Program-made: the position numbers and the translations under genes
In this document: piece by piece, positions 29,775 to 32,000 of the stretch
Layout of the letters: the number at the start of each line of letters is the position of its first letter
How positions within the stretch are numbered: position 1 is the first letter of the stretch
Source of the DNA: Candidatus Saccharimonadota bacterium
GTDB taxonomy: Bacteria; Pseudomonadota; Gammaproteobacteria; Enterobacterales; Enterobacteriaceae
Length of the DNA stretch: 32,000 nucleotides
Assembly: GCF_039383305.1 (NCBI RefSeq)
Contig: NZ_CP135009.1
Coordinates: forward strand, 120,001-152,000
Direction of reading: 5' to 3'
The notes under the pieces: model-generated
Told to the model about the DNA's origin: nothing
The model's database searches: none
What the model saw: only the letters and a program-made list of their open reading frames with translations

Positions 29775-30061
29775 AATTTTTTTAATCCTATATAAAATGT
29801 TTTTTAAGCATGATTTTAAAATCTATAAAAATTTTTATAAATATTTTTAAAATAATTTTTTTTAAAAAAAATATAATATAAACGAAAAGATATAAAAAAT
29901 TTTGTAAATATGAATAGAATAATATTTAGATTATTTGTGAATTTATGAATTTTATTATTATTTTAATATTGAGAAAAAATTTTATAATTCAATAAAATAA
30001 AAGTATATCATATTTTTATAGTTTTTAAATGTTGTAAGATTTTATGATTTTAAAATTTTTT

Positions 30062-31249
30062 TTAATTTTTCCATTTATTTAGAATTTTTTTAAAATGATT
30101 ATTTTTTTCAGTTAACATACGTAAATTAAATAATTCTAAAGCATGAACAAAGTTAATATTTTTTTTTTTAGTATAATGTAAATTTTCAATATATTTTTGA
30201 TATTTCCAAATTTTTGAAATAGAATGTAAAATATTTTTAGGGATACCCAACATAGTTGACATTTTTTTTAAAATTTTTTTTACTGAAATTAGATATGCAT
30301 GAGTATTAGATAACTTATGAATATTTGTATAATTTTGAATTTTTTCTACTAAAAGATACCATAAAAATGCGGAAAATAAGAAAGAAATATTATTTAAAGT
30401 TTTATTATTTAAAACATGTAGATCATTTTTTTTGAAAGCTTTTTTAATGATTTTTTTAGAAAAAATTTTATATTTTTTTTTAATATTTAAAAATAAAATA
30501 GGTAGTAAATGTTTTATTAAATTATATTTTTTTAATTTTTTGTAAGTTTGATAACCGTTTCCATAACATAATAATTTAATTGATTCATTAAATAACCTTG
30601 AAATAGGAATATTTTTTAATAAATAAGATAATTTTTTTAATGGTTGAGCTGTTTTATTAGTAATTTTCATATGAAATTGAACAGAAAATCGTATTACACG
30701 TAACATACGAACTGGATCTTCTCTATATCGAGTTTCTGCATGTCCTATTAAACGAATAATTTTTTTTTTTAAATCTTGTAAACCTCCAACATAATCATAA
30801 ATACATAAGTTTTTAACATTATAATATAATGCATTAATTGTAATATCTCGTCTATATACATCTTCTTCAATATTTCCATAAAAATTGTCTTTTAATAACA
30901 TACCATCAATATTTTTCTTTTGAAAATTTTTATTTTTTTTGATATTTACAGTATATGTGGTACGAAATGTAGAAACTTCAATAATTTCATTTGAAAAGAA
31001 TAAATGAGCTATAATAAATCGACGTCCAATTAGTCTACAATTTTTAAAAATTTTTTGTATTTCATTAGGAGTTGCATTAGTAGAAATATCAAAATCTTTA
31101 GGGCGATTTTTTAACAATAAATCTCTAATACTTCCTCCCACTAAATAAGCTTCATATCCTAATTTATTTAATCGATATAAAACTTTGATAGAATTTTTAC
31201 TAATTTTTTTGAAATTTATGAAGTATTTTTTTTTTATAATCAAAGTCAT
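30062..31249 (-). CDS. pcnB: Poly(A) polymerase I
   Basis: 395 aa. KVLYRLNKLGYEAYLVGGSIRDLLLKNRPKDFDISTNATPNEIQKIFKNCRLIGRRF...IEVSTFR is nearly collinear with E. coli PcnB rather than Cca. RDITINALYY and EDPVRMLRVIRF are present. It is shorter than E. coli PcnB at the C-terminus. Confidence 0.9.
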   Translation of the reverse strand: MTLIIKKKYFINFKKISKNSIKVLYRLNKLGYEAYLVGGSIRDLLLKNRPKDFDISTNATPNEIQKIFKNCRLIGRRFIIAHLFFSNEIIEVSTFRTTYTVNIKKNKNFQKKNIDGMLLKDNFYGNIEEDVYRRDITINALYYNVKNLCIYDYVGGLQDLKKKIIRLIGHAETRYREDPVRMLRVIRFSVQFHMKITNKTAQPLKKLSYLLKNIPISRLFNESIKLLCYGNGYQTYKKLKKYNLIKHLLPILFLNIKKKYKIFSKKIIKKAFKKNDLHVLNNKTLNNISFLFSAFLWYLLVEKIQNYTNIHKLSNTHAYLISVKKILKKMSTMLGIPKNILHSISKIWKYQKYIENLHYTKKKNINFVHALELFNLRMLTEKNNHFKKILNKWKN

Positions 31250-31527
31250 TTTGATAGTTTTATAAATAATAATATGAGTATGATTTTTGAAAGATTTTCT
31301 CTTTAATTTATTATTTTTTTTAATAAAATGTTAATAAATTTTTTATATTTTTTAAAATTCTGTAGAAGAATTAAAATTTTTAATAAATTTTATATTTTTT
31401 TTATTTTGTAAAATTTTAAGATGTGATAAAATTTTTATAATATTTTAATATATCTAGAAATATAAAATTTTTAATTTTTAATTTTTTGTTATAAAAAAAA
31501 TTTTTTATTAAATATTTTTTATAATTT

Positions 31528-31980
31528 TTATCGATATATTTGTTTTTTTTTTAATTCTTCTAATGTTTTACAGTCAATACATAAATTTGCAGTAGGTTGA
31601 GCTTCTAATCTTTTAATTCCTATTTCAATATCACAAATTTTACAATATCCAAAAGTAAAATTTTCAATTCTTTTAAGAGTATTATTAATTTTTGTAATAA
31701 TTTTGTATTCTCGGTCTCGATTTTTTAATTCTAAATTTATTTCTTCTTCTTGTGATGCGCGATCGATAGGGTCAGGTAAATTAATTGATTTGTCTTGAAG
31801 ATTAGTAATATTTTTAGATAGTATTTTTAAATTTTTTTTTTTCCAAGTTTCTAAAATAATTTTAAAATGTTTAATTTGTTTTAAATTCATATATTTTTCA
31901 TTTTTTTTTTGTTGATATGGTTTTAAGCCAGCTTGTGATAAAATATTTAAAGAATTTTGATATATATTTTTTTTTTTCAT
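31528..31980 (-). CDS. dksA: RNA polymerase-binding transcription factor DksA
   Basis: 150 aa. The coiled-coil tip is [12 protein letters not shown]. The C4 zinc finger is [29 protein letters not shown]. Confidence 0.93.
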   Translation of the reverse strand: MKKKNIYQNSLNILSQAGLKPYQQKKNEKYMNLKQIKHFKIILETWKKKNLKILSKNITNLQDKSINLPDPIDRASQEEEINLELKNRDREYKIITKINNTLKRIENFTFGYCKICDIEIGIKRLEAQPTANLCIDCKTLEELKKKQIYR

Positions 31981-32000
31981 TTTTTTAATCTTATATATTA

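Noticed and set aside
29775-30061. A search for a thrL-like leader peptide and attenuator upstream of thrA.
   Set aside because: There is no ORF with clustered Thr/Ile codons and no alternative G/C-supported hairpins. Absence is reported as part of a finding rather than as a feature.
1-32000. Possible UGA-to-Trp recoding, as in some tiny symbiont genomes.
   Set aside because: Trp positions in conserved motifs use TGG (for example FCWHP in nuoG, WKRLGGWP in rnt). TGA terminates nuoG and nuoK at the expected protein lengths, so the standard bacterial code applies.
1-32000. CRISPR arrays, IS elements, integrases, prophage, toxin-antitoxin or defence islands, tRNA or rRNA genes.
   Set aside because: There are no regularly spaced direct repeats, no terminal inverted repeats flanking an ORF, and no unexplained ORFs. 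The only tRNA-like GGTTCGAATCC T-arm belongs to ssrA. Apparent repeats such as AAATTTTATATTT x2 near 16819-16851 are low-complexity A/T sequence.

Overview
The window is a densely packed, extremely A+T-rich stretch of housekeeping genes, roughly four-fifths A+T by eye. This is typical of a highly reduced gammaproteobacterial (Enterobacterales-derived) insect endosymbiont. Gene content and order resemble Buchnera aphidicola from a strongly reduced lineage; that attribution is inference from remembered synteny, not a search result. I can support 26 protein-coding genes and one RNA gene. On the + strand: nuoG (5' end cut by the window edge), nuoH, I, J, K, L, M, N; then prfA, prmC (frameshifted), sirB1, ackA, pta; then grxD, pth, ychF. 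On the - strand: prs, gyrA, ahpC-type peroxiredoxin, grpE, tmRNA (ssrA), rnt, thrC-thrB-thrA, pcnB, dksA. Three hairpins that stand out from the AT background sit at gene ends. I see no tRNA, rRNA, CRISPR array, IS or transposon, phage or integrase gene, toxin-antitoxin pair or defence-like cassette. Every ORF of meaningful length is a recognisable core gene, so I found no evidence of a novel multi-gene system and do not claim one. The observations worth a second look all concern genome erosion: (1) prmC is split by a frameshift inside an A11 tract, the kind of lesion known to be rescued by transcriptional slippage in endosymbionts. (2) pta is reduced to its C-terminal catalytic domain, with no remnant of the N-terminal half. 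(3) Very long in-frame poly(A) tracts, up to A16 in thrA, are scattered through intact genes. (4) The thr operon lacks a recognisable leader or attenuator, and the ACT regulatory region of ThrA looks eroded. (5) Normally invariant motifs are degraded in NuoM and NuoN but conserved in NuoL. (6) Featureless AT-only spacers lie where E. coli has genes. (7) A short repeat is shared between the ahpC terminator hairpin and the interior of ssrA.
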